Positions 23,951-37,443 are shown, counted from the first letter of the whole stretch. The stretch is 59,811 bases of DNA, filler included, from Piptocephalis cylindrospora (GCA_003614145.1; 10 parts of 10 records of this genome joined end to end with filler, not necessarily neighbours in it), one strand, 5' to 3'. Notes: a model not told the origin generated them from the sequence alone. A program made the numbers and translations.

Positions 23951-24634
23951 CCCCCCCCCCCCCCCCCNNNNNNNNNNNNNNNNNNNNNNNNNNNNNNNNN
24001 NNNNNNNNNNNTTAATTAATTAANNNNNNNNNNNNNNNNNNNNNNNNNNNNNNNNNNNNNNNNNNNNGAGAGTGCGGCGATTTGATGCTTCAGCCAGCTT
24101 TACTAAAAGGACAAACAAGGGTTGTGACACAGAGAGAAACCGTTTGATGATGCCAGGAGAGACTCATCAAAAGTGGGGCTCTATTTTGAAACAGATTTCA
24201 AATATGTTCTCATGTGATTAAAAGACAATCTTTGAACACATATTTCGCTGTTTACTACAGTCTTTGAACACAGATGATCAAGAATCATGACATGGCATGG
24301 ATATTGACTAAAGCAATTCCTTTTGGATACCTTTCTCAGTAGCGGGAGGCGTTGCCTCCACCTTTATGGCCTTGAGGATATGCGATTATAACGTCACCTT
24401 AATTGACTGCTTGGTAAAAGACCCAATAGTCCTTGCTGGGCAATGTGATCCTAAGAGCATCAATATTAGCGCGACTTATAGTCGTATAGCGTATTTTCTA
24501 CATTCACTGAGCAAGACGAGCTTAGCTACTACGGGCAAGCTCTATTTTAGAGAGATTGGGAACTTTCGCCGAACCTTATAGTTTGTATCCGCTCACTCAG
24601 AGATGGTCATTGCACACAGTCAGTCAAGTTGAGC

Positions 24635-25035
24635 ATGGTCTCCCAGAACGCCATAAACCTCACCAAGGGCGTCTTTGCCTCAAGTTTTATCGTGTATATT
24701 GGCTGGGTCCTCTTGCAAAAGACCACTCCTTCAGCCGAGGATGTTTTCCAGGTGCGTCCTTGTCTTTCTCAAAGTTTGCCGGGTTGTCCCAGAGCCCTCC
24801 CCCTAACGCTGACAGTCCCTTTTTCCCGGCATTTTAGAATCTCCCCCCAGATCTGCAGGAAAAGGTCAAGAGGCAGCGTGAGGAGACAAAGCGTCAGCGA
24901 TCTGTTCTGCTAGAGCAAATCAAGGAAAATGCATTTTCTGATCGTCCCGTCTGGGATGTAAAATCCGTGCCCATGCCCTCGTCTAACCAGGACAAGAAGG
25001 ATAAGGATCATGTGGTTCTTGAGGGACAACGATGA
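24635..25035 (+). CDS. CBP4: Cytochrome bc1 assembly factor CBP4; intron 24752-24837
   Basis: Spliced product has a TM helix, then TTPSAEDVFQNLPPDLQEKV...IKENAFSDRPVW, matching the Cbp4 TP..E.L....PEL / SD.PIW pattern. Confidence 0.8.
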
Positions 25036-25391
25036 GTAAATATATCCCTTTTCTTGTTCTTACGCGGCCTTGGATACCGGTCTGAGTCATCCGGTCCGTA
25101 CATCCTTTAAAGGGATGCACATCCATTTTTGAATAATCAATTAGGCTTCCTATGCGCAATTCATGAATCTAGAAAGGTTCAATACTTTTTGCTCTCAAAC
25201 TGCGTCGGACTTGACACGCTCTTCCAGACCATATCACGATCTGATCGCACTTTCACGCCAATACCCCAGCTTTCATACCCTGGCTACCTTTTCTTATTCT
25301 CTACTTAGTCTCTCTGGACTTATCCTTTACTTGCTCTCTCGAAACCCACTTTCTATCGATTCTCCCAGAAATTACCCTCCCTTCTCCTCCA

Positions 25392-28125
25392 ATGAATCGT
25401 GCAGAGTCTTGGGCACCAAGTAAGCCTAGATGTGTCTCTTTAAGAGGTTCCAATATTCTCCGTACCCAGGGGTCAGCCTCATAATGTCTCTTCTCTCTCC
25501 ACAGCTGCAGGAGATGTTTTATACGGCGAATATCGTACTGAACGGTTTCTTGGAAAAGGAGGAATTAACTTTTTATGGGAGGTAGCCCCTCTTTTCACCG
25601 GATGTCCTAACGTAGCCATGAAGTTTTTCCGCGATGAGGCCGTCTGGGCCCGAGAGGTGAAGGCCTTACAGGAAATCAAGGGCGAGGTAAGAATTTATAT
25701 GTAGCTCTGTCATTACCCCCAGTGCCCAGAAATTCATTCGGTATAGTATCTACCTTACTGCATCCTCTGCTGCTGCTAGAACGTTGGAGAAATGCTAGAT
25801 AACTTCAGTCCAGAAGATGATCCCTCTGTGCCCTACTGGGTTGTCGTGTATGAGATGGGCCAATTTACACTGGATGCCTATTTAAGGCATGAAAGACCTG
25901 CTGATCCTCTGAGGGTCAAGAGCGTACTATTGGTACGTCCTTGATTACATTTTACTCGCTCCCTACACTAAACCTCTCCTCTCCCCTTTTTTTCCTGTCC
26001 CATTTCAAGGATATCTTAGAGGGCATCGCTGCTTGTCATGACCGAGGCATTGTTCATTGCGATCTGAAGCCACAAAATATTATGTTCTTCCAGGTTCCGG
26101 GGATGTTTGACCGTTGGAAGCTCATCGACTTTGACTCGGCCACTCCTGTCGGCCAGCCACTTCCTCGGGTAACCGTGGATTACTGTGCTCCGGAAATCTT
26201 CGTGAATCCTGAGGGAGTTTTGGCCGATTACTCCATGGACATGTTCTCTCTTGGTCGCACCATGCAATGGATGACTTCGTATGTCGACAAATTCTGGTGT
26301 ACTGAAACTCCTCTAAACAATCGTACCTTTCACCAGGTGATGAGCGATCCTGAGCATGATCTTCCTCTTCACAACTCCTGGATCCCTCATTCCCCTACCC
26401 GGAACAAAATCAAAGCCTTGACTCGACGCAACCCAGCCACCCGAATGACTTTGGAGGAGTTTAGAGTAAGTGCGCCCGGGCATAGGATGCACCTTGGACT
26501 CATCTTATCCATTCCATCTAGAGCTCTTCATACATTACTGGAAATTTGGACACTGTCTTTATCAACGACCTAGAGGCTCAGAGATCTCGGGAGCGATCAG
26601 GAATAGAGGAAGAGGAAGGGACTCTTCGGGTAATTCGGTCCTCCCATCTCCCCTACAAGACCTATGCCCTCTATAACAATTCCCCCGAGACCTTTACTGA
26701 TCCAAGAGAGATTGCTTTTCGTGTCGGCGACGTCCTGGAAATCGTCCAGGATAGTGGGAAATGGTGGTGGGCTCGGCTAGCAAGTGGGGCTGAAGGTGTT
26801 GTCCCGCACTCCTATGTCCTTCGAACCTCTCATGCTCCTTGCAAATACCGGACACGAGCCATATTCTCTAGTACGTCCTTTTAATCTAATTTCATCTTCC
26901 AGTGATCCTTTCGTTGATCAAACCCTTTCTATAGATACCCCTGAGTTAGATAACAGTTTTGAGCTTGCCTTTCGGGCCGGTGAAGAAATTGAAGTTCTGG
27001 AGGATCTGGACGAGTGGGTTCAGGGTCGGAGGGAAGATGGAGCCATTGGGCTCATCCCACCTAATTTCATCCTAAAGGACTCCCTTTCCCAAGTCAAATT
27101 TAAGGCCAGGGCCCTATATTCCTGTATGACGCATTCATTTTGCATTGGGAGTAAAATAATCATAGCTCAACTCCTATACACCTCAATCATCCATCACCAG
27201 ATCAATCCACACATGTCACCGAACTTACCTTTGATTGTGGAGAAGTGCTGGATATCCTCGAGACCACTGGGGATATATGGCAAGCAAAGAGTATACTTGG
27301 CGCTCTAGGGATTGTATACAGTAACTATGTATGAAACTTTATGAGGAGGATTGGGCGACTGCATTTACTCAATATTCACTTCATGTCCTCCCCCCATTTA
27401 CCAATGTTTAGTTTCAGCAAGCATCTATGTTCAAGGCAGAGCACTCTATAGAGGCCGAGGGGACAGAGAGTGTCCTGGACCTTGTCTCTTGGATGAAGCG
27501 CCCTACTATTTTAGATGTTCGCGCCGTTAAGTCTTGTGAGTATATTCTTGCTTTGAAGAGTGACAAGATGATGGTCATACCTGAAGATTGTACTTCTAAC
27601 CATTTCCAGCCCTTTCCTTTGATACTCCATGATAGACACTCCAGCGTTAGAGGGGCAAGATTACCTCTCCTACTATGCTGGAGAACGAATGTATATTATC
27701 TCCATGCGTGGGGACCGGTGGGTCGCGCGCAAGCTGGATGGGCTCATCGGCTTTCTCGGTGCCAAGGATCACGTTATTGCCCTGCCCAAGGCCAAGATTA
27801 TTGAGTCATGTAAGCGCCAAAGTGTTCATTAGAAAGGGAAAGGGTAAATAGGTATTGATGAGCTCACAGTCTCTCTCTCTCCATTGGTTTGAAGATATCG
27901 CTGAGACAGAGGATCATCTAAGTTTACAAGCCAAAGAAAGCATTGTTATTTTAGACAGCCTAGGGGAGGTATGCATGGTCAGACACGGTTCTGGAAAGAC
28001 TGGACTGATCCCCATCAAATATGTAAGTATCTAGGAGTTCCAAGAGCAGAATTGGGGTTAAGATGGTCAATTAAAACTCCCATTACTAGTTAATGATTAA
28101 GGACCCAATCATGAATCCAAAATAG
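25392..28125 (+). CDS. Ser/Thr protein kinase fused to five tandem SH3 domains, multi-exon
   Basis: GKGG loop, VAMK, HCDLKPQN, DFD (in place of DFG), YCAPE, DMFSLG; then five SH3 units with ALY..EI.F..G..L....W......G.IP..Y-type motifs. Confidence 0.85.
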
Positions 28126-28362
28126 CGGTAATCATGGTGGATCTATATGTCTTCCGAGGAAAATGGCATAGCTGTATGCCTCCTGATGATTTCTTGAAAG
28201 CACATTGTCATTTCCGCGGCCATGCGTAATTTCTCACTGGAATAGTGTGAGTGTATTAAGGACGTACTTGATTTAAAGGTAATTATTCTTTACAGACAAA
28301 GACCTGAGTAAAAGAGATGAAATGGATGGTTAATCGGAGAAAAATATACTCTTGGGCCCTGT

Positions 28363-29856
28363 TCATCCTACATGATTAGCCGGGATTAGACCTTCTTCTC
28401 CGGAGGAGGATCTTGCCTTAAAGCAATGGGGAGATAGGACTTTGTGGAGGGTGAGCAAATCTCCTCTTTTCAGAGTCAACTCTTCTCCATCCCTTGGGGA
28501 ATATTCTGAAATCGGATTTATAAGTAATTGTGCCCAGAATGAGCTTCTAAATAGATTCCTAGACAACGTCTTACCAGCAATGACCTTGAGAAGAGGCAAT
28601 GGAGAGAAGTTATCAGGGTGGACTACTCCCACAAGTCCGGAGGCGCTCTTGACAATCAATCGACCATCTCCTCGTTCTCGAATCACTTGGACAATATCAT
28701 TTCGACGGTACGATAGACCATTGGGAAATGGAGGAATAGAGCCTACAATGTGTTCATTGAAAGTAAAAGTAGGAAGAGAAAGTGATTTATCAACATACTA
28801 TCGCATTCAACATAATTAAAAGCACTCTAAGCCCACTCAACTCCTAAGGACACTTACAACTGCACAAAGCTCGGATATCATATGTCCGGGGCATGGCGTG
28901 AAGTAGAGGCAATTGAAACTCCTCTTCGCCCTCCATATTAAGCTCTTTCACTTGAAACTGGCAAGAAGTTTTTTTAGTATAAGAACAAACCTCGTAACAA
29001 ATCCATAACTCACGCAGTGAATAGGAGCGAGACCCACTCGGCCGTCCTGAAGCCGAACTTGCCATGTATCTTCTGATTGAATGCGGAGTATAGCCAGAAT
29101 GTCATTTTTAAGAAAGGAAATCCCGCTCTGCTTATGCCCTTCTTCTACTAAAAGAGCATGGTAATGAGCTAGAGCAAGATATTTGGGAAAGGGGAGGAAT
29201 AACATGACACTTACGATCGCATCGAGCTTGAGCAAGGAATAAAATAGGAAAAAACGAGGGGAGGATAAGGCACGTGGAATGGATAAGACCAATAGTGCCT
29301 CCTATTTCCCGGGCTATCCAGTATTCACCAGAGGCATCCATAATCTGAAATCGTGTCCCAATGGCCGCCCTTAATAAATAGTTCTTTAGGTGGGATGGGG
29401 CCTCTAATTATTGTTGTATAATTAGTATCCAAAAGAACCCAAGGAATATCAATTCGTCAGCCTCCACTTCATACCCCTCCCCCTCATGTACTAATTTTAC
29501 ATACCGCTCCTTTCAGCAGGTTCCTCGGAAATACACCGGGTGGTAAAAGCAACCTGAAAAAGGCTAGCCGGAGGAAGAAGGTAGTTTCGGGCTACTTGAC
29601 CTTTCTTCCCGCTCCGTGGGTCCCGCGCCACCCACCAATCGCCCTCATAGCTCAAGATATCCAATACTTGCCCTGCAAAAAAGGTTATTTCATCCTCTCT
29701 CCTCCCCTCTCTCCTCATACTCCTGCGCAAGGGATTCTCCCTCAGAATTGAAGCGGTAGATCCCGTACTGAACTGTACATAAAGAAATATCGTCGACAGT
29801 AGTGCTTGACATGCTCTGGCCAAAATTGAGTTTTGTATTCCCTTCCACGACCCCAC
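28363..29856 (-). CDS. Protein with about five tandem SH3 domains, multi-exon; 5' end uncertain or truncated
   Basis: DEITFFAGQVLDILSYEGDWWVARDPRSGKKGQVARNYL, EYWIAREIGGTIGLIH, ISFLKNDILAIL..DTWQVRLQDGRVGLAP, LSYRRNDIVQV..GLVGVVHPDNF, ELTLKRGDLL..EEGLIPANHV. Confidence 0.8.
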
Positions 29857-30067
29857 ACGTCCCTTCTGCCTCTCACAATCGTGTCAACTCCGCCCAGGGC
29901 TATTGTTTATCTCCACGATCGGCCTGTTGATCCTTTTTCCTTGACTCACCCTTCTAGTTTATGCTATNNNNNNNNNNNNNNNNNNNNNNNNNNNNNNNNN
30001 NNNNNNNNNNNTTAATTAATTAANNNNNNNNNNNNNNNNNNNNNNNNNNNNNNNNNNNNNNNNNNNN

Positions 30068-32215
30068 TTGAGGACCTTCATCCAAGGAGGCCCGACATTC
30101 CCTATAATAAGTACGGGGGGGGAGGATGAATGGATTGGACAGAACTATGAGAAAATATTCAATGAGTTGGAACGTACACTCGTGATATGGCTTGCCACCC
30201 TCCTATGGATTGAGAATGATGGGAAGGGGGATGGTGGGTGTGAGGCTTCGAAAATATCCATGGTCCAATCTGAGAGGAAGAAGAGCTTTCCAGACTAAGC
30301 GGGGTAAGACGCGCGAGAATCTGGGCGATCTGGCCGATCCCTGCCAGGATGGCCATGCGAGCAATGGACTGCACCAATTGCCTATCACCTGACCGCACCA
30401 CCGTGGCCATGCCCTGTGATCCACTTGAACTGTCCAGGCTACTCGCCAGTCGCCACAAGGAGCCAGTTTCATTGGCTTCGGAAGAGACAGGGGTAATGTG
30501 AGCACGGTGTCCATCCATACATACGCACAAACCAGAGCCTCCGGCGAGGGTAGACATAGTAGGATACAGACCCGCCATTACACAAGGTCTTAATACTTCA
30601 TCCCACAAGACCTTCTGCAATCGAGTGAGGCGATCGGCTAGTCTAAGGGGCCGGAGGACAGGTCCAAAGTACGTTGATGAAAGATCGGTGGATAATGAGG
30701 CAGTGTTAGAGGCAGAGTTGGAAGAAGATGTAGAAGGGGAAAGCGTCAAGGGGAGGGAAGAGAGCGGAGAACGACGATGCTGACGACGAAGACGCAATGT
30801 CATGGAAAGTAAGCTGATTTGGGCAGCACAATCATCTAGAGTGGATGCTAGGGTGGGAGAAGAGGCGGAGGGGGACCCAGAGCTCTCATCCTCCTTCCGT
30901 CGGATACCCAGAGTAAGTTGACGAGTTGAAGAGATGGATGCGCGAATCAGTCCATCACTACCCACGCCGGCACGTCCAGCCCCTAGGGCAGCTTCATGCA
31001 CTAGATGATGATGAAGCTCAGTGTGAAGTAGCCCATGACGGGCACGGGATAATCGCTCCACCAGACCATTGCCTTGGTAGGTCACGGGAGGCCTGCAGGG
31101 AAGGGAAGCTTGAGTAGCCTCTTCAAGGATGTGACGAGAGATGGTGGCGGAGAGAAAGGGAGGGGAGGAAGGAAGAGATGGGAGAATGGTGGAAAGAGAT
31201 GAACGACCCTGTGACCCATCACGATGAATCTCTACGAGACCCATACCCTGCCATGAGGAGCCGGCATCGCGTAAGGAGTAGTCAATACATAGTATCTTTT
31301 TTCCTGTCTGGGGATGAACTGATGCACGCAATGGCCACCGACCAGAGCGAGCAGCCAGGGCAACGGACCAGAAAGCCCTATCCTTAGCAAGTAATCGATC
31401 AATATGATCGGCGCCTTCTTCTAGATAATCGTGCACTCCACCCAGGCCCTAGAAAGGGAGTTATGATGAGAGGCTGATGTAATCATGTACAACAGAATGA
31501 GTAAAACAGCCACTTACGCGAACCTTGGCACCAAAGCGAATGCGTAATTCCTTTAATATGTGGGTCGGGTCCTCCTCTCCAGTACCTTGAGCATCTGCAG
31601 CCTCCAAGATGCCCGAGGGTAATGGAGTGGGGGTGTTACCCACGATGGATCTTCGTGTGGTTTTGGTCAACTGGGCTTGTGTATCTAGCAAGGCATTCAG
31701 TAGATCCATGGTGTACTGTACCTCAGTATGTGCCTCTCTGACAGAATAGAAGGGATGAGTATGAAAGTAAAGTCTGATCGTTATTTTTCTGCTTCCAATA
31801 CAAAAATTGATTACCGAAAAGAGTTAAAAAGGCTGGATTTGAGCTCCAGGACTGATAAGCATTGATCTTTGCTCGATTGGGCCTTCTCAGATAAAGTGGT
31901 CTCTTGCTTCTCGGTCATCGACTCATCCTCATCCTCATCGGCTTGCACTTTATCCTTCTCCCCCATCATAGGGCCCTGAGCAAGGGATGGAGGATCCGTC
32001 TTCCACACTTGGACCAACTTTTCCGTCAACGTTTCATCCACGGGCCTTTCCCTAGGTTTCGTATGTTGGAGGAGGAATAAATGGTGAGGGTAATGCAATT
32101 TGCCACCCTTTCCCCCCTGATACGCCTACCTTTCCAAGATGACTTGACCTGTCGAGGTGTAATCGTACACGGAAGGCAAGTGGCTTGTGTCCAGAAAGAC
32201 CTTTTGACCAGGCAT
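30068..32215 (-). CDS. MED17: Mediator subunit 17 (Srb4), multi-exon, probably 3'-truncated
   Basis: VYDYTSTGQVIL, EAHTEVQYTMDLLNALL, DRAFWSVALAARSGRWPL, IDYSLRDAGS motifs. Confidence 0.75.
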
Positions 32216-32564
32216 GATAAAGAAGATAGGGAAAAAGAATGGTTGTGGTAGTGTTTTGATCATAGTTTACACCTTCTCAGAGGTGTTCCCATTAAACCCT
32301 TCTTGTGTGGAGTTGCTCCGCCTTGAGATCTCCCACCACCTGTCATCACCAATGCTCATCTTACAAACTGTAATGCTTTATAAAGAGATGCGGAATCTCC
32401 ACTTTACAATTCTGAGGCTAAATATATCATGGAATATGTTTGATGCAGGTTTACATTATAAAATGCATTCAGCCTGTTTCCAATGTCAAATACAGTAAAA
32501 GGAAGGGATTGACGGATAAAAGTACACAGCGTGTACAGGATTTTTGCTGTCCTTTCCCACCCTC

Positions 32565-34812
32565 TCACCCATGCGCTGAGGATCGAGAGTACCCTGAGAC
32601 AAGGTAGTAGCCGTTCCAATTGAGTCGTAAAAGTAACTGATCCAGGAGACTCTCGCCCATGACTGTGGCGGTTCTAGTCTCTTCCTTGCTCCGGTTCCCA
32701 CCCTCATCCCACCCGACCATGACCATGTCCTCCACGACCTCCTCATCTTCATCCTCCAGCCAGGGTTCATCTCCTTCATCCATAGAAGCATCTATGGCCC
32801 CATCAGACCCAGAGGGAAGAGAGGAGGAGCGAATGATACCCATGAGGGTTCGGAGGACAAAGGCAGCCTGGGTGTCAAAGGATCGTTGGATGGAGGGAAG
32901 CTGGGATAGGGCCTCCTCCCATCCATCCGACTCCTCTCCATCCCCTACATCCCGATAATAGCGTTCAGCCCAATCACACATCTCAATCCCGGCACGCAGG
33001 ACTGCTCGTACAGCCGTGAGGAGGACCGGGGTGTGCAAAAGACACCCTCGGGAGACGCGGTCGAGGTATTTGGCATGAGCTGTGTGCAGACCCTCAAAGT
33101 CTCTAATTTGTTGTTGTCTCTGGAGGCCATCCCCTCCATCCGTACCCCTACCACCCGTTGTCCGGACACTTGCCAAGATAGAGACCTCAGAATCCGCAAC
33201 TGTTGGGATCGAGGCCATGGAGGCGGACATCCATTTTTTCCGCAGCTCCTGGAATCCCACTTCGATAACATCCATCTATGAGGATGGAAAGAGGGCAAAG
33301 AAGAGATAATTAGAGCAAAGCATTGTACCCTTTCATCTTCCCAATTACCTGAAAGTGAGTATAGAGGGCGGAGACCCAGGTGAGGATTCGATGACGAAGG
33401 GTGGTATAGGTGGGGCATTGTCCTAGGGAACCCGGAAGAACTAGGAGAGCCTGTAGACGTAAGAGGGTGCGCTTAACGATAAAGAGAAAGGAGAACGCTG
33501 TGGAATACTGAGCCAGATCACTGGAGGAAACGATGAGGTTCATCGGCCAGGATAGGTCGTATCCTAGACGGAAGTGAATCCCACATCCAATCTGACCATC
33601 ACTCAGCCACCCCTCTGGCCCGGCCTTTTCCGTGGCCTTATCCATGGGAACCCATTTAAAACCTGGGAAATGAGGATCTACCTCTGCATGGGTCCCTGGG
33701 GAAATCCGTTTCCACACTGCCTCCACCTCCCTTCCTCGCATGCCCTGGTTTAGGTTCCTGCTCAGGTCATCAGCAAAGGGGCCGTCCCCAAGGAGGAAGA
33801 AGCGTCGAAAGGCCGTGAGTTGTTCCGCAGCCCCATACTCGATGACAGCAGCCTTCCAAAGTCGGCCAGCCACACGACGTCTCTGCATGGCCAAGACCCT
33901 GGATAACAAGTCCCGGGAAGGGAGAGAGTAGGAGGATGAAGATGATAAGAGTAACCGTTGAAGCTCGGCAGAGTGCTTACTCCCAAGGGCCGTGGCTTCC
34001 GCGGGAGTGATGGCCCCATGGGCCGAGAGAGCCCGAATGGCCTGGCCGATAAAGAGCATGTCTTTGGCCGAGGAAGGCTCAAGGATACTTGAGGTCCTGG
34101 AAAGGTCGAGGTATACGTCCAGGCCGGTGATTTCCTCCAGCAAAGATACTTCACTCCCTTCCACATCTATGCGGCTATTGTGTCCAGGGGGTGGGACTGG
34201 AGTGAACAACTCATGATATGGATCCATCACCCGCCCCCATCCGGTCCACACGGCGATCTGTCGGTAAAACAAGGCGCATAAGGGCTGATTGATCCTGGAG
34301 ATGGCCCGGGCAAGTTCAGGGATACCCGTGAGACTCTGCTCTCTCAGATAGTCTAAAATCCTTGGTCCAGGTATATCCGCCGTGAGGATATGTTCGAGGG
34401 CTGCATGGATGCGAGGAAGAATGAGGGTGTATGGCGAGAGGGCCAATGTGAATTCAATCAGAGGGAGTTGAGTGGCGGGGATATCCATCGGTTGAGTGGG
34501 TCCCCGCTGGATGCATTGACGCTCCAGCGAAGTAAGGGCCTCCCGATATTCCTGCAGGATGGGCTCAAACCCGACAGCCAGGGCCTCCAAGTACACCGAT
34601 GGCGGAGTAGTGGAGGAAGAGGCCGTGGAGGGGAGGCAACGATGAGCGGCAAAGTACTCGAGGTCACGGTAGGTCAGAGCCAGAGGCAAGAGTCGATTCA
34701 GAGCCTCTCGTGTTCCCGGGTGAAGGTGGGGAAAGGCGGTGGAGACGGTGCCATCAGGTAAGAAGAGATCCCCTGGGTGGCCTGCCAGGGCAAGAAGGAG
34801 TTCGTGGTACAT
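32565..34812 (-). CDS. GCP4: Gamma-tubulin complex component 4 (Spc97/Spc98 family); intron 33276-33348
   Basis: MYHELLLALAGHPGDLF start, FFLLGDGPF, YDLSWPMNLIV, FQ|MDVIE, DFEGLHTAHAKYL, LDQLLLRLNWNGYY. Confidence 0.9.
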
Positions 34813-35146
34813 GGTCGAGAGGAGAGAGGGAGAAAAACAAAGGGTGAGACCATGAAGTATATATCATGGTGTAAACAGAGAGAAGGTCTCCTAGCAGCAA
34901 CAATGATCGTGAACTTGGTCAGTTCTAGCTCCTACAAGTGAAACCACCACGTCCACCAATCCCACAATTCATTGCGAAAGGTCAATTTCCATATGAATCC
35001 CTGACTATTATCATCGGCAACATCGCGAGACTATGGCTTTAGTCTCTACATGAGGAGGAAGCCTGCGTTTAGGGGTACAACACACGGTCGGAGCCCTGTG
35101 GTATTTTGTCTCGCTCTGCCCCCTTTCCTTTATGGGGAAGGAGTTA

Positions 35147-35662
35147 GTAGGGTGGGGGAGAAAGCTACAGTGTGTATCCGTCAACCTGATTGCCCTTGGG
35201 AAGGTCTGAGAAAATCCTTTATGCCCTAGCCGGGTAATCCATGCTGCTACAACTGTGTATGGATTGGATGCTACCAGCAATTCGTATGGCCCTTCCCCAC
35301 CAAGTGACACATGACGGATGGTGTGAATAGAGGGCATTTCGTCGCGCTGTATTCCTCTCTCTCTCTCTCTCTCTCTTTCCTCTCCGGGGGGTGGGGGAGG
35401 AGGGGGGGATATGCGTTTGCGGGATGCCTAATGTCACGTCCATTTGATGTCGAGCGGTGGGGAAGGGATTGAAACGAGCTCCAGATATTAGCGCAGATGC
35501 AGTGCAATACGCAGGATTCCTTGGCCGCCCTGGTCTATGAACGGGGGAAAAGGTGTTGAGTCTTGATTTAGTCGTCGAAGCACAGCGCTGGATCCCCCGC
35601 CACATTCCAGAGGTGTGATGCGAGGAACAACTCAATTCAGACTACTCTCCTCCTCATCCCCA
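35147..35662 (+). ncRNA. RPR1: Nuclear RNase P RNA
   Basis: CR-I CCCTTGGGAAGGTCTGAGA (35193-35211) and CR-V AACTCAATTCAGACTACTCTCC (35629-35650) form P4; 5' GGGTGGGGGAGA pairs with 3' TCTCCTCCTCATCCC (P1); T9 terminator at 35663-35671. Confidence 0.9.
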
Positions 35663-36145
35663 TTTTTTTTTACGCACATACAAATTCAATAGAAACGCAA
35701 GATCCATCTAGGATAAATGAATATCCAAATCCTTAGCCTTTTAGATGCATTTTCCTCATGAGACAATACATTTTTCAACAATGATATCCAAATTTATGAA
35801 CGGGATGTCATGGATGAGATGGAAGATAGAGACGCTAAACCCTAGAGCCATGCGAAACAACACAATCATGGTCATGATAACACATAATCATCATAGGGAA
35901 AGAGAGAGCAAGACCAGAATGTATAAGGTTCGTTGATGTAAATAATAAAGGGAAAAAAAGANNNNNNNNNNNNNNNNNNNNNNNNNNNNNNNNNNNNNNN
36001 NNNNNTTAATTAATTAANNNNNNNNNNNNNNNNNNNNNNNNNNNNNNNNNNNNNNNNNNNNGGGGGGGGGGGGGGGGGGGGGTGGGGGGGGTGTCCCGGG
36101 GGGGGGGCCGGGCGTGTCGGGCCCTGGGTGATTTTGTGGGCGCGG

Positions 36146-36181
<36 letters not shown>

Positions 36182-36184
36182 GGG

Positions 36185-36233
<49 letters not shown>

Positions 36234-37443
36234 GGAAAAAGAGGAAAGCGACAGATACGTGGAGAAGTCGCTCCCCTGGAGAGTGTTCACAGTTTGTACA
36301 GTGTTTATAATCTGAAGGGAGAGGAGGATGGATGTTGAGCCGGGGAAGGGTTAGCCGGGTCTCCGAAAGGCGCGTAAGCCATTGTTTAGTAGCGGAGTCC
36401 CACGGATCGGTATGACCGGACAAGGGTATTCCGAGTGTGAGTATGTGTGAATGGTCGCGAATGTGCGGGGAAAATGAGCTGGGTCGGAATACTTTCAAGA
36501 CATGATCCATCTCGTGACGGTATAATCTTGGAAGGAAAGAATAGAGACTTTATGCAGAAGTAAAGGGCATGACCGAGATGGTGGAGAAGGTGACCCTCTA
36601 AAGAAGCATAGCTGCACTTGGAATAGATCAGCCCAGAATCAGGATAAATCACATATCCTGACCCTATCAACGATAATAATAGCAGAGCCTAAAAAACGCG
36701 TTATGATGCTTAATGTGCTGGGTTGCTAGATTAGGTGTACTGAATGCGTGATTTCTCTTTATTTGGCTCTCACCATGCCTCTCCCTCTCTGATGATGATA
36801 AAATCAATTTATTTTCCCTCATGGGACAGGATACAGAGTATCCAAACGCATGACCCGCCTAAGCCGACCTGCGTGGTACCAGGAATATTGTCCCCAATCC
36901 TTTCTCTCTCTCTCTCTCTCTCTTCCCCTTCTCAATGCATTATTGTCGGGACTTGTGCGACAACCATACATTCGATTTGATGGTACACTCAGAAATGCTT
37001 CACCCAGATCATCGGGCCCCATCGACCTATATCTCTCCACGCCCATGAATCATAAGGCTGAGCCAATTCCCCCAACATCCATGTTTACTATCAATTATGG
37101 TCATGATCCTTCAGGGGAAGAGAACAGCAGTCCAGGAACGCCAGTCCACTTCTCCGACACACGTCCAGCACGGATGAGACGCCATCGACCATCGGCCATA
37201 GAACTTCAACCCCGACCCTTCCACCTTTTAAAACCCCGGCTGAATCCTACTCCGCTTCCTATCAGGTCCGGACCCGATTTTTCCCTCCCTTTTCCCTTCA
37301 TCCTCATCTTTACCCTTTATCAACTCACAATTCCTCCCACAAGCGGTTCCCTACTTGACGACCCTCCTCATCCCCCCTCACCCAGCCTCTCAGAGGCCCA
37401 ATCCAAGCAAGAGTAACGCCTTACCTATTCCTACCTCTCCCCC

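Noticed and set aside
23905..23967. Long poly-C run
   Set aside because: At a contig end; typical low-quality sequencing tail.
35234..35277. Possible GT..AG intron inside the RNase P RNA
   Set aside because: No clear branch point, and the segment folds into a stem, so a structural insert is the better reading.
36062..36232. Poly-G tract giving poly-Pro and poly-Gly ORFs or a G-quadruplex
   Set aside because: At a contig start; most likely a sequencing artefact.
36426..36492. 9-bp inverted repeat GTATTCCGA/TCGGAATAC with a 49-nt loop
   Set aside because: Single short stem with no supporting motif; compatible with chance.
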